Below, in pieces: positions 43,462 through 52,677 of a DNA stretch of 64,000 nucleotides (its first letter is position 1; the number at the start of each line of letters is the position of its first letter). The position numbers and the translations under genes were made by a program. This stretch comes from an uncultured Eubacteriales bacterium. Lineage in GTDB: Bacteria > Acidobacteriota > Aminicenantia > Aminicenantales > Saccharicenantaceae. The DNA lies in the NCBI GenBank assembly GCA_964525875.1, contig CAZGJS010000005.1, positions 143,184 to 207,183 of the forward strand. The letters run 5' to 3'. The notes under the pieces are model-generated. The model saw nothing but the letters and a program-made list of their open reading frames with translations, was not told the origin of the DNA and did no database searches.

Positions 43462-44943
43462 CTAAAATCCCCACGATCCGATCACGGCGTGGACCCCGTC
43501 CGCGAGCACGTCGGCGGCGGGCTGGATCCAGGTCGTGACGGTCGACGAGAAGAAGATGCCGATCCCCACGCAGAGGAGGGCCAGGAAGACGGTCGCGGCC
43601 GTCATCCAGAAGGGCGCTTCCTTGACGGCGGCCCACTTCTCGTTGAGCTTGCCGAAGAAGGCCTTCCGCTGCAGGAGGAGGTAGTACCAGAGGGTCAGGA
43701 CAGAGGTCAGGACGGCGATCACGGCGAAGACGGGGTGGCCGGCCTGGATGAGAGCGACGATGATGATCAGCTTCGACCAGAACCCGTTGAGCGGCGGGAC
43801 GCCGGCGATCGACAGGGCCCCGACGAGGTTCGTCGCGGCCGTGACCGGCATGCGCTTGGCCAGGCCGCCCATCTCGTCGAGGTTCCGGGTGCCCGTGGCC
43901 TGCTGGACGGAGCCGCTGGTCAAGAACAGGAGCCCCTTGGCCAGGGCGTGGTTGAAGAGGTGGAAGAGCCCGCCGGCGATGCCAAGGGGAGTCCCGATGC
44001 CGATCCCCAGGACGACGTAGCCGACCTGGCTGATCGAGGAATAGGCCAGCATCCTCTTCATGTCCTTCTGGCCCAGGGCCAGGAAGGCGGCGACGACCAT
44101 GGACAGCGCGCCCAGGGACATCAGGACCGTGGACAGGGCCGGCGTCAGGCCGAAGACGTTGAGGAAGATCCGGGTCATGGCGTAGACGCCGGAGACCTTG
44201 ATCAGGAGGCCGGACAGGACGGCCGAGATGGGCGCCGGGGCCGAAGGGTGGGCGTCCGGAAGCCAGGCGTGGAACGGGACGAGTGCCGCCTTCAGGCCGA
44301 AGCCCATGAGGAAGAAGGCGGAGGCGACGCCGACCACGGCGCCGGCGTTGAGTTCCTGAAGGGCCTTGGCCACGGCCGCGAACTCGAGGCTCCCGGTCAT
44401 CCCGAAGATGACGGCGACGCCGGCCAGGATGAAGGCCGTGGCCACGACGGAGAGCATGAGGTACTTGAAGGCGGCTTCGAGCTCGTCCTGCCCCAGCCCG
44501 AAGGCGACGAGGGCGTAGGACGCGACGGCCGCCACCTCCATGAAGAGGTAGACGCTGAAGAGGTCCGTGGCCAGGACGAGCCCGTTCATCCCGGCGATCA
44601 TGACCAGGAACAGGGCGTAGTAATTGGCCTTGGCCCCGTAGTGCTCCATGTAGTCGATGGAGAACAGGCAGGCCGCCAGCCCGACGAGGGCGATGGCCAG
44701 GAGCATGAACAGGCTGAACCCGTCGAGGACCAGCCGGATGGCGATGGGCTCCCCGAACCAAGAGAGCTGCTGGAGGACGGGCCCGCCGGCGATGAGGTGG
44801 CGTCCGGCGACCGCGGCGTAGACGAGCAGGAAGAGAAGGGCCGCGTTGGCCAGCAGGTCCGGCACGACCCGCCGGGAGACCTTGCCGACGAGAGGGAGAA
44901 TCCCCGCCACGACAAGCGGCAGCGCAACGAAAAGTATGATCAA
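43462..44943 (-). CDS. Antiporter-like subunit (MrpD/NuoN/NuoM family)
   Basis: 493 aa, TTG start after GGAGGAG; ~14 TM; proton-conducting membrane transporter motifs (PFHAWLPDAH). Confidence 0.9.
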   Translation of the reverse strand: MIILFVALPLVVAGILPLVGKVSRRVVPDLLANAALLFLLVYAAVAGRHLIAGGPVLQQLSWFGEPIAIRLVLDGFSLFMLLAIALVGLAACLFSIDYMEHYGAKANYYALFLVMIAGMNGLVLATDLFSVYLFMEVAAVASYALVAFGLGQDELEAAFKYLMLSVVATAFILAGVAVIFGMTGSLEFAAVAKALQELNAGAVVGVASAFFLMGFGLKAALVPFHAWLPDAHPSAPAPISAVLSGLLIKVSGVYAMTRIFLNVFGLTPALSTVLMSLGALSMVVAAFLALGQKDMKRMLAYSSISQVGYVVLGIGIGTPLGIAGGLFHLFNHALAKGLLFLTSGSVQQATGTRNLDEMGGLAKRMPVTAATNLVGALSIAGVPPLNGFWSKLIIIVALIQAGHPVFAVIAVLTSVLTLWYYLLLQRKAFFGKLNEKWAAVKEAPFWMTAATVFLALLCVGIGIFFSSTVTTWIQPAADVLADGVHAVIGSWGF

Positions 44944-44953
44944 CGCTCCTCCT

Positions 44954-46822
44954 CTATTTCGCGAGCAGGCTGATCGCGCCCGCCACGATGATCAGGCCGG
45001 CCAGGCACCAGGCGAGGTAGTTCGCGTAATGCCCGTTGTGGGCCTTCTTCAGGATGGCCGTGAATTTCTCCCCGGCGACGGTGACGACCTTCTCGTAGAC
45101 GAAATCGATGGGCCGGTCGACGGCCTTGAACAGGACGAGCGACAGCCCTTGGAGGACCTTGACGCCCTGCTCGTAGGGGTCGAACACCCGGGCCTCGGCC
45201 AGGTCGTAGAGCTTGTGGACGACGGGGAGGTTGTGGATGGGTTCGGAGGCGAGGTAAGGCTTGCGGCCGGACTTCAGGAAGCCGTGACGGTGGAGGAGGA
45301 AGGCCAGGACCAGGCAGCCGATCGAGATGAGGGCCACCGGGTTAAAGATGTCCAAGGCGTGGCTCGAGAAGTCGAGGTGGGCGCCGGCCTCCACGTGACC
45401 CGCGAGGATCGGCTGGATGAAGAGGGTCAGGGGGAGCTTGTTGTAGACGCCGAAGAGAATGCAAAGGGCCGCCAGGACGAGGATGGGGACGACGATGGCC
45501 GGCTGGCTCTCCTTGACCGCCGGGACCTCGCGCGTCCGTTCGCCGAAGAACACGGAATGCCCGGCCTTGAGGAAGGAGGCGAAGGTGAAGATCGCCCCGA
45601 CCCAAGCCGCGATGGCGAAGACCGTGTAGCCCGATTCGAGGGCGCCGTGGAAGACCATCTCTTTGGAAACGAAACCGTTGAGCGGCCAGACGCCGGAAAT
45701 GGCCAGGGCGCAGACGGTGAAGCCGAAGGCCGTCAGCGGCATCTCTTTCCGCAAGCCGCCGAGCTTCTTGAGCTCGGTCGTGCCGGTCCGGTGCTCGACC
45801 GAGCCGGCGCTCAGGAAGAGGCCGCATTTATACAGGGCGTGGTTGATCATGTGGAAGATCCCGCCGGCGATACCGAATGGCACGGCCGTCCCGATGCCGA
45901 GGATCATGTAGCCGACCTGGCTGACGGCGTGATAGGACAGGAGTCTCTTGAAATCCTTCTGGACGAGGGCCATGAGGACGGCCAGGACGATGGTCACCGC
46001 CCCGACGACCATGAGCAGGATGGAGAGGCCGCTCCCCGGCCGGATCTTGAAGAAGTCGAGGGAGATCCGGGCCAGGAGGTAGATGCCCAGCAGCTTCTCG
46101 AAGGCGGCCGGCAGGAAGGCCATGAAGGTCACGGGCGCGTCGACGGCGGCGTCGGGGATCCAGGTGTGGAAGGGCATGGCCCCGGCCTTGCCGGCGGCTC
46201 CGATCATCATCAGGACGAAGGCGACCGCGGCCAGCCCCGTCGGCTCGACGGAGACCTGGGACATGGTCAGCGTGCCGCTCACGGTCCACAGGAGCCCGAT
46301 ACCCAGGATCATCGAGAAGTCGCAGAAACCGCTGATCAGGAGGGCCTTGACCGCGGTCCGGCCCGACGTCGGCCGGCCGCCGATCGTGACGAGGCCGTAG
46401 AGGGTGACGAGCAGCCCTTCCCAGAAAAAGACGAGGGGGACGAAGTTGTTGGCCAGCACCGCCCCGTTGGCGAAGGCCGCGGTCAGGAAGACGTAGGCGA
46501 AGAATTCCCGGGCCCGCGGCGCGTCCTTCATCTTGACCGTCGAGTAGAGCGTGATCAGGATGAGGAACCCGGCCAGGGCGAGCAGGATGAAGCTCGAGAA
46601 GTGGTAGAGGCGGAGGTCGAAGTCGATGCCCATGCCGAGCCAGGGGACGTTGAACCGGAGGTCCTTCAGGGAGAAGAAGACGATGCCGTAGTAGAGGAGG
46701 ACGGCCGCGCCGGCCAGGGCCAGGGCGTCCCGGACGAGGCGGAGCGTCCGCGGGATGACGAGGAGGACGACGGCCAGGACCGCGGGCAGGAGGATGGGGA
46801 GGAGAAGCATTTTGGGGGTCAT
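44954..46822 (-). CDS. Antiporter-like subunit (MrpA/NuoL/HyfB family)
   Basis: 622 aa from ATG 46822 (ATGA overlap with the upstream stop; TTG 46834 possible); PFHTWIPDA motif. Confidence 0.9.
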   Translation of the reverse strand: MTPKMLLLPILLPAVLAVVLLVIPRTLRLVRDALALAGAAVLLYYGIVFFSLKDLRFNVPWLGMGIDFDLRLYHFSSFILLALAGFLILITLYSTVKMKDAPRAREFFAYVFLTAAFANGAVLANNFVPLVFFWEGLLVTLYGLVTIGGRPTSGRTAVKALLISGFCDFSMILGIGLLWTVSGTLTMSQVSVEPTGLAAVAFVLMMIGAAGKAGAMPFHTWIPDAAVDAPVTFMAFLPAAFEKLLGIYLLARISLDFFKIRPGSGLSILLMVVGAVTIVLAVLMALVQKDFKRLLSYHAVSQVGYMILGIGTAVPFGIAGGIFHMINHALYKCGLFLSAGSVEHRTGTTELKKLGGLRKEMPLTAFGFTVCALAISGVWPLNGFVSKEMVFHGALESGYTVFAIAAWVGAIFTFASFLKAGHSVFFGERTREVPAVKESQPAIVVPILVLAALCILFGVYNKLPLTLFIQPILAGHVEAGAHLDFSSHALDIFNPVALISIGCLVLAFLLHRHGFLKSGRKPYLASEPIHNLPVVHKLYDLAEARVFDPYEQGVKVLQGLSLVLFKAVDRPIDFVYEKVVTVAGEKFTAILKKAHNGHYANYLAWCLAGLIIVAGAISLLAK

Positions 46823-48249
46823 CGGAGCCACCAACTCATCTCGGTCGTCGCGATGTTGATGAGCTTCATCGGGTAGGCGACGAAAAGCCCGGCCGCCAGG
46901 CTGAGGAAGGCCAGAACGGCGACGACAAAGACCATGGATTTCGTTTTCTCGGGAGCCGGGCGCTTGAGCTCACCCAGGAACACCAGGCTGAAAACCCTGA
47001 AAAGGTAGTACATCGTCAGGACGGCGGTGAAGAGGGCCGCGGCGGCAAGCCAGGTCCGGCCGGCCTGCACGGTCCCTATGATGACCAGGAATTTCGAGAA
47101 GAAGCCGCCGAAGGGCGGGATGCCGATGACGGAGAAGGAGCAGACGAGGAAGGCGATCGCCGTGACCGGCATCGTCTTGACGAGGCCGCCCATCTCCCGG
47201 ATGTCCTTGGTGTGGATGGCGTGGATGACGATCCCGGCGCAGAGGAAGAGCCCGGCCTTGGCCAGACCGTGCATCAGGATGAAGAGAAGCGACCCGGAGA
47301 TCCCGGCCGCGTTGGCCACGCTGAAGCCGAGGAAGATGTAGCCGATCTGGCTGATCGTCGAGTAGGCCAGGATCCTCTTGATGTCGTTCTCCACCGCGGC
47401 CGCGCCGGCGGCGACCAGGCTGGAGACGACGACGATGATGGGGATCGCCTGCTGCCAGCCGTCAGGGAGCCGGAAGGTATAGAGGAAGAGGCGGGCGAAG
47501 GCGTAGACGCCGATCTTGACCAGGACGGCCGCGTGGAGTAGGGCCGTGACGGTCGTCGGCGCGACGCCGGCGTCCGGCAGCCAGGTGTGGAGCGGTATGG
47601 TTGCCGATTTCGAGAACAGGCCGAAAAGGATGAGCAGGACGGCCGTCCCCGGGACCAGGGTCCCCCGCATGGCCGTGATGTCGAACGTGTTCGTGACGCC
47701 GTAGATCTGGATGAAGCCGAGGAGCATGACCACGGCGCCGAAGAACGTCACCAGGAAGGCCTTGTCGGCCTTGCGGACGTGAGCCGGCTCCCGGTAGAAG
47801 CCGATGAGCCGCCAGCAGCTGATGGCGATGATCTCCCAGAAGAGGTAGAGGAAGATGAGGTTCCCGGAGAAGACCAGGCCCATCATCGCCCCGATGAAGA
47901 GCAGGACCATCAGGTAGTATTCGTTCTGGTTCTCTTCCTTGTGGATGTAGCCGACGGAGTAGACGACGATGAGAAAGCCGACGAACGACGACACTCCGGC
48001 CATGAAGATCGACAGTGGATCGATGATCAGGACGAAGTCGAGGCCCAGGGCCAGGCTCTTGCGCGCGACGAGCTCCCCCCCTTGGAGAGCGAGGGGGATC
48101 AGGGTCAGCGGCAAGACGGCCGTCACGGCGCTTACCAGGATGGCCCAGACCGAGCGGGCACGCCTGGACAGCAGACCGGCCAGGGGGGCCGCGAACGAGC
48201 CGACGATGGGGACGAGGATCGTTAGGAGGACGATTGTTTCGGCATTCAT
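46819..48249 (-). CDS. Antiporter-like subunit (MrpD/NuoM family)
   Basis: 476 aa; PLHTWLPDA motif, ~14 TM. Confidence 0.9.
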   Translation of the reverse strand: MNAETIVLLTILVPIVGSFAAPLAGLLSRRARSVWAILVSAVTAVLPLTLIPLALQGGELVARKSLALGLDFVLIIDPLSIFMAGVSSFVGFLIVVYSVGYIHKEENQNEYYLMVLLFIGAMMGLVFSGNLIFLYLFWEIIAISCWRLIGFYREPAHVRKADKAFLVTFFGAVVMLLGFIQIYGVTNTFDITAMRGTLVPGTAVLLILFGLFSKSATIPLHTWLPDAGVAPTTVTALLHAAVLVKIGVYAFARLFLYTFRLPDGWQQAIPIIVVVSSLVAAGAAAVENDIKRILAYSTISQIGYIFLGFSVANAAGISGSLLFILMHGLAKAGLFLCAGIVIHAIHTKDIREMGGLVKTMPVTAIAFLVCSFSVIGIPPFGGFFSKFLVIIGTVQAGRTWLAAAALFTAVLTMYYLFRVFSLVFLGELKRPAPEKTKSMVFVVAVLAFLSLAAGLFVAYPMKLINIATTEMSWWLR

Positions 48250-48282
48250 TGGGACAGGTTGCCTTCCTTATTTTGAGGGCCA

Positions 48283-48311
48283 AGTATAGTTATGGACTTG
48301 GGGGTTGTCAA
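48283..48311 (-). promoter_or_regulatory. Sigma70-type promoter candidate for the hydrogenase operon
   Basis: TTGACA (48311-48306) - 17 nt - TATACT (48288-48283), ~34 nt upstream of ATG 48249. Confidence 0.5.
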
Positions 48312-48427
48312 GAATTTCCACATGCCGTCCTCACTTTTTTTAACAGGTTTTCCAGAAGCATAAATGGGTTGATATTTCCGCTGGAATGTAGGATAAATGG
48401 ACGAATCCGCCGAGGAGAGTGAACAGA

Positions 48428-49552
48428 ATGCCCGTCGAGATCCGCGAAGTCCTTTCCAAAAAAGACCTGAAGACGTTCATCTACCTGCCCGAGAAGATCC
48501 ACGCCGGGCACGAGAACTGGGTCCACCCCATCTACATGGACGACTGGAAGTACTTCGACAAGAAGAAGAACAAGGCCTTCGGCTACTGCGACACGATCCT
48601 CCTCCTGGCCTGGAAGGACGGACGGCCCGTGGGCCGGGCCATGGGCATCATCAACCATCGCTTCAACGAACACCGGAACGAAAAGACGGCCCGTTTCGGG
48701 TACCTGGACATTTACGAGGACAGGGAGGCGCTCCGCGCCATCCTCGGTTTCATCGAAGACTGGGCCCGGGCCAAGGGCATGACCAAGATCGTCGGCCCCT
48801 ACGGCTTTTCCGACCAGGACCCCGAGGGCTTCCTCATCGAGGGTTTCGAGCACCGGGCGACCATCGCCACTTACTACAATTTCGAATGGATGCCGCGGTT
48901 CCTCGAGGAGGAAGGCTACGCCAAAGACAACGACTGGTTCGTCTACAAGCTGGACGTCCCCAAGGAGCTGCCGGAATTCTATAAAAAGATCTACGAGCGG
49001 GCCATGAAGCGCGGCACCTACGAGATCATCGAGTTCCGCAAGAGGAAGGAACTCAAGCGCTGGATCCGTCCCATCCTGTCGCTCATGAACGAGTGCTACA
49101 TGGCCGGCAACATCTACGGCTTCGCCCCTCTCGAAGAGGAGGAGATGGACGACCTGGCCAAGCGCTACCTCCCGGTCGTCGACCCGCGCTTTGTCAAGGC
49201 CATCAAGAAGGACGGGGACGTCGTAGCCTTCATCATCGCCATGCCCGACATGACCGAGGGCATCCGCAAGGCCAAGGGCCGCCTGCTCCCCTTCGGTTTC
49301 ATCCATGTCCTTCGGGCGGCCAAGAAGACCAAACAGCTCGACCTCCTGCTCGGGGCCGTCAAAGAACAGTACCGGGGCCAGGGCCTCGACGTTCTCATGG
49401 GCGTCAAGACCCTCATGTCCGCCCACGAGGCCGGCTACGAGATGATGGACACCCACCACGAAATGGAAGCCAACGTCAAGGTCCGGGCCGAGATGGAGCG
49501 CATGGGCGGGACCATCTACAAGAAATACCGGGCCTTTTACAAGATGTTCTAG
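48428..49552 (+). CDS. GNAT-like N-acetyltransferase family protein (function unknown)
   Basis: 374 aa from ATG 48428 (GAGGAG upstream; GTG 48419 possible); resembles a widespread ~375-aa family usually annotated GNAT; C-terminal Q/RxxGxG/A-like YRGQGLD. Confidence 0.65.
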   Translation: MPVEIREVLSKKDLKTFIYLPEKIHAGHENWVHPIYMDDWKYFDKKKNKAFGYCDTILLLAWKDGRPVGRAMGIINHRFNEHRNEKTARFGYLDIYEDREALRAILGFIEDWARAKGMTKIVGPYGFSDQDPEGFLIEGFEHRATIATYYNFEWMPRFLEEEGYAKDNDWFVYKLDVPKELPEFYKKIYERAMKRGTYEIIEFRKRKELKRWIRPILSLMNECYMAGNIYGFAPLEEEEMDDLAKRYLPVVDPRFVKAIKKDGDVVAFIIAMPDMTEGIRKAKGRLLPFGFIHVLRAAKKTKQLDLLLGAVKEQYRGQGLDVLMGVKTLMSAHEAGYEMMDTHHEMEANVKVRAEMERMGGTIYKKYRAFYKMF

Positions 49553-49566
49553 CAGGGACTGCCTTC

Positions 49567-49628
49567 AGAGGGACTGTCCCCTTCAGAGGGACTGTCCCTC
49601 TGAAGGGGACAGTCCCTCTTTTATTTCG
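49567..49628 (+). terminator. Intrinsic terminator: perfect 53-nt palindrome plus T-run
   Basis: 25-bp stem 49567-49591/49595-49619 with 3-nt loop, followed by ttttattt; sits between the convergent GNAT-like gene and polA. Confidence 0.7.
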
Positions 49629-52308
49629 CGTCGGCCCAGTTCGGGCCGAAGCCCAGGCGGACCTTGAGCGGGACCAGGAGCTCGGCCGCTCCCTCCATGG
49701 CCTCACGGACCAGGGGCTCGACCTCCGCTTTTTCCCTTTCGGGGACCTCGAAAACGAGTTCGTCGTGGACCTGGAGGATCATCCGCGTCCGCAGCCTCCG
49801 GGCCTCGAGCTCCCGGGCGGCGCGAAGCATGGCCTCCTTGATGAGGTCGGCCGCCGAGCCCTGGATGGGATTGTTGAGGGCGATCCGTCGCCCGGCCTGT
49901 TGGAGGGACCTGTCCGGCATGCGCAGCTCCGGGACCTGCCGTTTCCGGCCGAAGATCGTCTCGGAATAGCCCCGCTCACGGGTCTCCTCGACGACCCTGT
50001 CGAGGTACGCTTTGACACCCGGGAGTTCGCCGAAGTAGCGGTCGATGAATTTTTGGGCTTCGGCCGCCGATGTCCCCAACTCCTTGGCAAGAGAAAAGGC
50101 CGAGGTCCCGTAGACGATGCTGAAATTGATGATCTTCGCCCGCCGCCGCGTCTCCTCCCCGGCATTATCCCCGAAGACGAGCCGGGCGGTCTCCTCGTGG
50201 ACGTCCCGGTCCTCGAGGAACGTGGCGATGAGCTTGGGGTCCTGCGAGAGATGGGCCAGGACGCGCAGCTCGACCTGGGAATAGTCGGCGGCCAGCAAGA
50301 CGTGCCCCTTGTCCGGGATGAAGGCCCGGCGGAAGCGCGCCCCCCACGGGCCCCGGGCGGGGATGTTCTGGAGGTTCGGGTCGCTCGACGACAGGCGGCC
50401 GGTGGAGGCCACGGTCTGGTTGTAAGAGGTGTGGATGCGGCCCGTGGCCGGGTCGATGAGCAGGGGCAGGGCGTCGGCATAGGTCGACTTGAGCTTGGAC
50501 ATCTGCCGGTAATCGAGGACGTGACGGGCCAGCGGATGGGCCGCGGCCAGCTCTTCGAGGATGTCGAGGGACGTGGAAAAACCCTTGGTGATCTTCGTCC
50601 GCCGGACGGATGGCAGACCCAGCTTGTGGAAAAGGATGTCGCCCAGCTGGCGGGGCGAGTTGATGTTGAAGGCGCCTCCGGCGAGCGCGTGGATCTCCTT
50701 CTCCAGGCGTCCGAGCTCCCCCCCCAACTCCTTGGACATGGACTTCAGCACCTCGGGGTCGACGCGCACGCCCCATATCTCCATCCGGGCCAGGAGCCCG
50801 ATGAGCGGCCGTTCGATATCTTCGTAGAGCCGGTCGAGCTTCTTGGCCTCGATTTTCTCCCAGAGGACGGCGCCGAGCTTCAGGGCCAGGGCGGCGTCCT
50901 GGCAGGCGTACGGGGCGGCCCGCTCGATCTCGACCTTGTCCATCGTCAGCTCCTTCTTCCCCCGGCCGACGATGTCCTCGTAGGGCGCCTTGGTCTCCTG
51001 GAGGTAATGGAGGGCCAGCTTCTCGAGGCCGTGCCGGCCCCAGTTCGGTTCGAGAAGATAGGACAGGACCATCGTGTCCCTGGAGACCCCGCCCAGGCGC
51101 ACGCCCTCGCGCTCGAGGACGATGAGGTCGTACTTGATGTTCTGGCCGATCTTTCGGACGGCCGGGTCCTCCAGGACGGAGCGGAGGATGTCCAGGGCGC
51201 GCTCCTTGGGGATCTGGAGCGGGGCGCCCAGGTAGTCGTGGCCGACGGGGACGTAGAAGGCCTCTCCCGGGACGAGGGAAAAGGACAGCCCGACAAGGCG
51301 GGCCCGGGTCGGGGAGGCGCTGTCGGTTTCCGTGTCCAAAGCCACTTCTCCGGCCGCGGCGATCCGGGCGGCCAGCGCCCGGAGCTCGTCCTCCTCGAGG
51401 ATCGTATGGAATTCTTTTTCGGCCGGGAGCCGCGGCTTCTTCAGAAAGTCGGCGAGGAGAGAGGAGAACTCGAGCTCCTGGAAAAGCCGGACGGTCTCCT
51501 TCTCGTCGGGCTCCTGGACGGCGTAACGCGCGAGGTCCAGCTCGAGGTCGAGGTCGCGGGTCACCGTGACCAGCCGCCGGCTGAGCTCGAGGAGCTCCCG
51601 GTTCTGGATGATCCTCTCCCGGACGCGGGGGTTTTTGACACGGTCGATGTTCCGGAGGAGGTTGTCGAGGGAACCGAACTCCTGGATGAGGGATTTGGCC
51701 GTCTTCTCGCCGATCCCGGGAACGCCGGGGACGTTGTCCGTAGGGTCGCCCCAAAGGGAGAGGACGTCGACGACCTCCCCGGCCCCGACCCCGAAGACGC
51801 CCTTGACGCTCCCCGCGTCGATGGTCGTTTCCTTCGACGGATTCCAGATGGACGTCATGGCGTCGACGACCTGGAGGAGGTCCTTGTCCGTGGTCACGAT
51901 GACGGTCAGGATCCCCTTCGCGGCCGCCCGCGCGGCCAGCGAGGCCAGGGCATCGTCGGCCTCGTACTTCGGGTACTCGGCCGTGGCCACCCGCAGGGCC
52001 CCGAGGACGTCCTTGAGGACCGGGAGCTGGGCGGCGAGGTCCTCGGGCATCGGCTTGCGGTGGGCCTTGTATCTTTCGGATTCCTTGCGGTCTTTGGTCT
52101 CCTCATGGCGGAACGTCGGTCCCTCGACATCGAAAACGACGCCCAGATAGTCGGGTTTTTCCTTGTCGACGATCTTCCGCAGGGCGTTGAGGAAGCCGTA
52201 GATGGCGCCCGTCGGGAAGCCGCCGGAATTGGCGAGGCCCTGGATGGCGTAGTAGGAACGGTAGAGGAGGGAATGTCCGTCGATGAGGAAGAGGCGTTTC
52301 GGACTCAG
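49621..52308 (-). CDS. polA: DNA polymerase I
   Basis: ~895 aa; 5'-nuclease (LFLIDGHSLLYRSYY), 3'-5' exo-like and polymerase (motif A DYSQVELR, motif B, QVHDELVFE) domains; start codon uncertain (CTG at 52308 is the only candidate near the conserved N-terminus). Confidence 0.9.
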   Translation of the reverse strand: MSPKRLFLIDGHSLLYRSYYAIQGLANSGGFPTGAIYGFLNALRKIVDKEKPDYLGVVFDVEGPTFRHEETKDRKESERYKAHRKPMPEDLAAQLPVLKDVLGALRVATAEYPKYEADDALASLAARAAAKGILTVIVTTDKDLLQVVDAMTSIWNPSKETTIDAGSVKGVFGVGAGEVVDVLSLWGDPTDNVPGVPGIGEKTAKSLIQEFGSLDNLLRNIDRVKNPRVRERIIQNRELLELSRRLVTVTRDLDLELDLARYAVQEPDEKETVRLFQELEFSSLLADFLKKPRLPAEKEFHTILEEDELRALAARIAAAGEVALDTETDSASPTRARLVGLSFSLVPGEAFYVPVGHDYLGAPLQIPKERALDILRSVLEDPAVRKIGQNIKYDLIVLEREGVRLGGVSRDTMVLSYLLEPNWGRHGLEKLALHYLQETKAPYEDIVGRGKKELTMDKVEIERAAPYACQDAALALKLGAVLWEKIEAKKLDRLYEDIERPLIGLLARMEIWGVRVDPEVLKSMSKELGGELGRLEKEIHALAGGAFNINSPRQLGDILFHKLGLPSVRRTKITKGFSTSLDILEELAAAHPLARHVLDYRQMSKLKSTYADALPLLIDPATGRIHTSYNQTVASTGRLSSSDPNLQNIPARGPWGARFRRAFIPDKGHVLLAADYSQVELRVLAHLSQDPKLIATFLEDRDVHEETARLVFGDNAGEETRRRAKIINFSIVYGTSAFSLAKELGTSAAEAQKFIDRYFGELPGVKAYLDRVVEETRERGYSETIFGRKRQVPELRMPDRSLQQAGRRIALNNPIQGSAADLIKEAMLRAARELEARRLRTRMILQVHDELVFEVPEREKAEVEPLVREAMEGAAELLVPLKVRLGFGPNWADAK

Positions 52309-52550
52309 TCGTACCTGCCTTCGACGATCTGTCCCAGGATCGTCTTGTGCTGGTCCTCCATCATCCGTTCGATCCGCTCCGCGACGTCGGGCAGGTTCAT
52401 GTAGGCGGTGTAAAAGGCCCTCTTGGAGGCGAGCAGCCGCCCCGACTTGTAGATGAACGATTCGACGTACTGGGCCGCGAGCCCTTTGTCCTGGGTCTGG
52501 ACGTTGTAGGCGTCCCCCCTGTATTCCACCCGGGTGTTGTAACCGCTCAT
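52305..52550 (-). CDS. Hypothetical 81-aa protein
   Basis: ATG with GAGGGGGG upstream; stop overlaps the putative polA start (CTGA); no family recognised. Confidence 0.5.
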   Translation of the reverse strand: MSGYNTRVEYRGDAYNVQTQDKGLAAQYVESFIYKSGRLLASKRAFYTAYMNLPDVAERIERMMEDQHKTILGQIVEGRYD

Positions 52551-52621
52551 GAAGGTCGTCCCCCCTCATTATACCTCTCCGGGCGGCCGGTTCAAGCCCG
52601 ATTTCCCCGGCCTGGGCGAAT

Positions 52622-52649
52622 TTGACAACCCGGTCCCACTTGGTATAAT
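52622..52649 (+). promoter_or_regulatory. Sigma70-type promoter candidate (extended -10) for yceD-rpmF-plsX operon
   Basis: TTGACA (52622-52627) - 16 nt - TATAAT (52644-52649), with TG at 52641-52642. Confidence 0.55.
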
Positions 52650-52677
52650 AAGGTGAAAATTTTTTGAGGACGGTCAT

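Noticed and set aside
49093-52404. 1103-aa ORF on the plus strand, together with other very long ORFs such as 32049-34274(-), 8023-9876(+), 44846-46876(+), 21233-22759(+) and 29763-31367(-)
   Set aside because: Each lies exactly antisense to, or in another frame of, a gene with clear family motifs (polA, rel, DUF5916, NuoL-like, radA, Memo-AMMECR1). Their translations are Arg/Gly/Pro/Asp-rich and low in complexity, as expected for shadow ORFs in GC-rich DNA.
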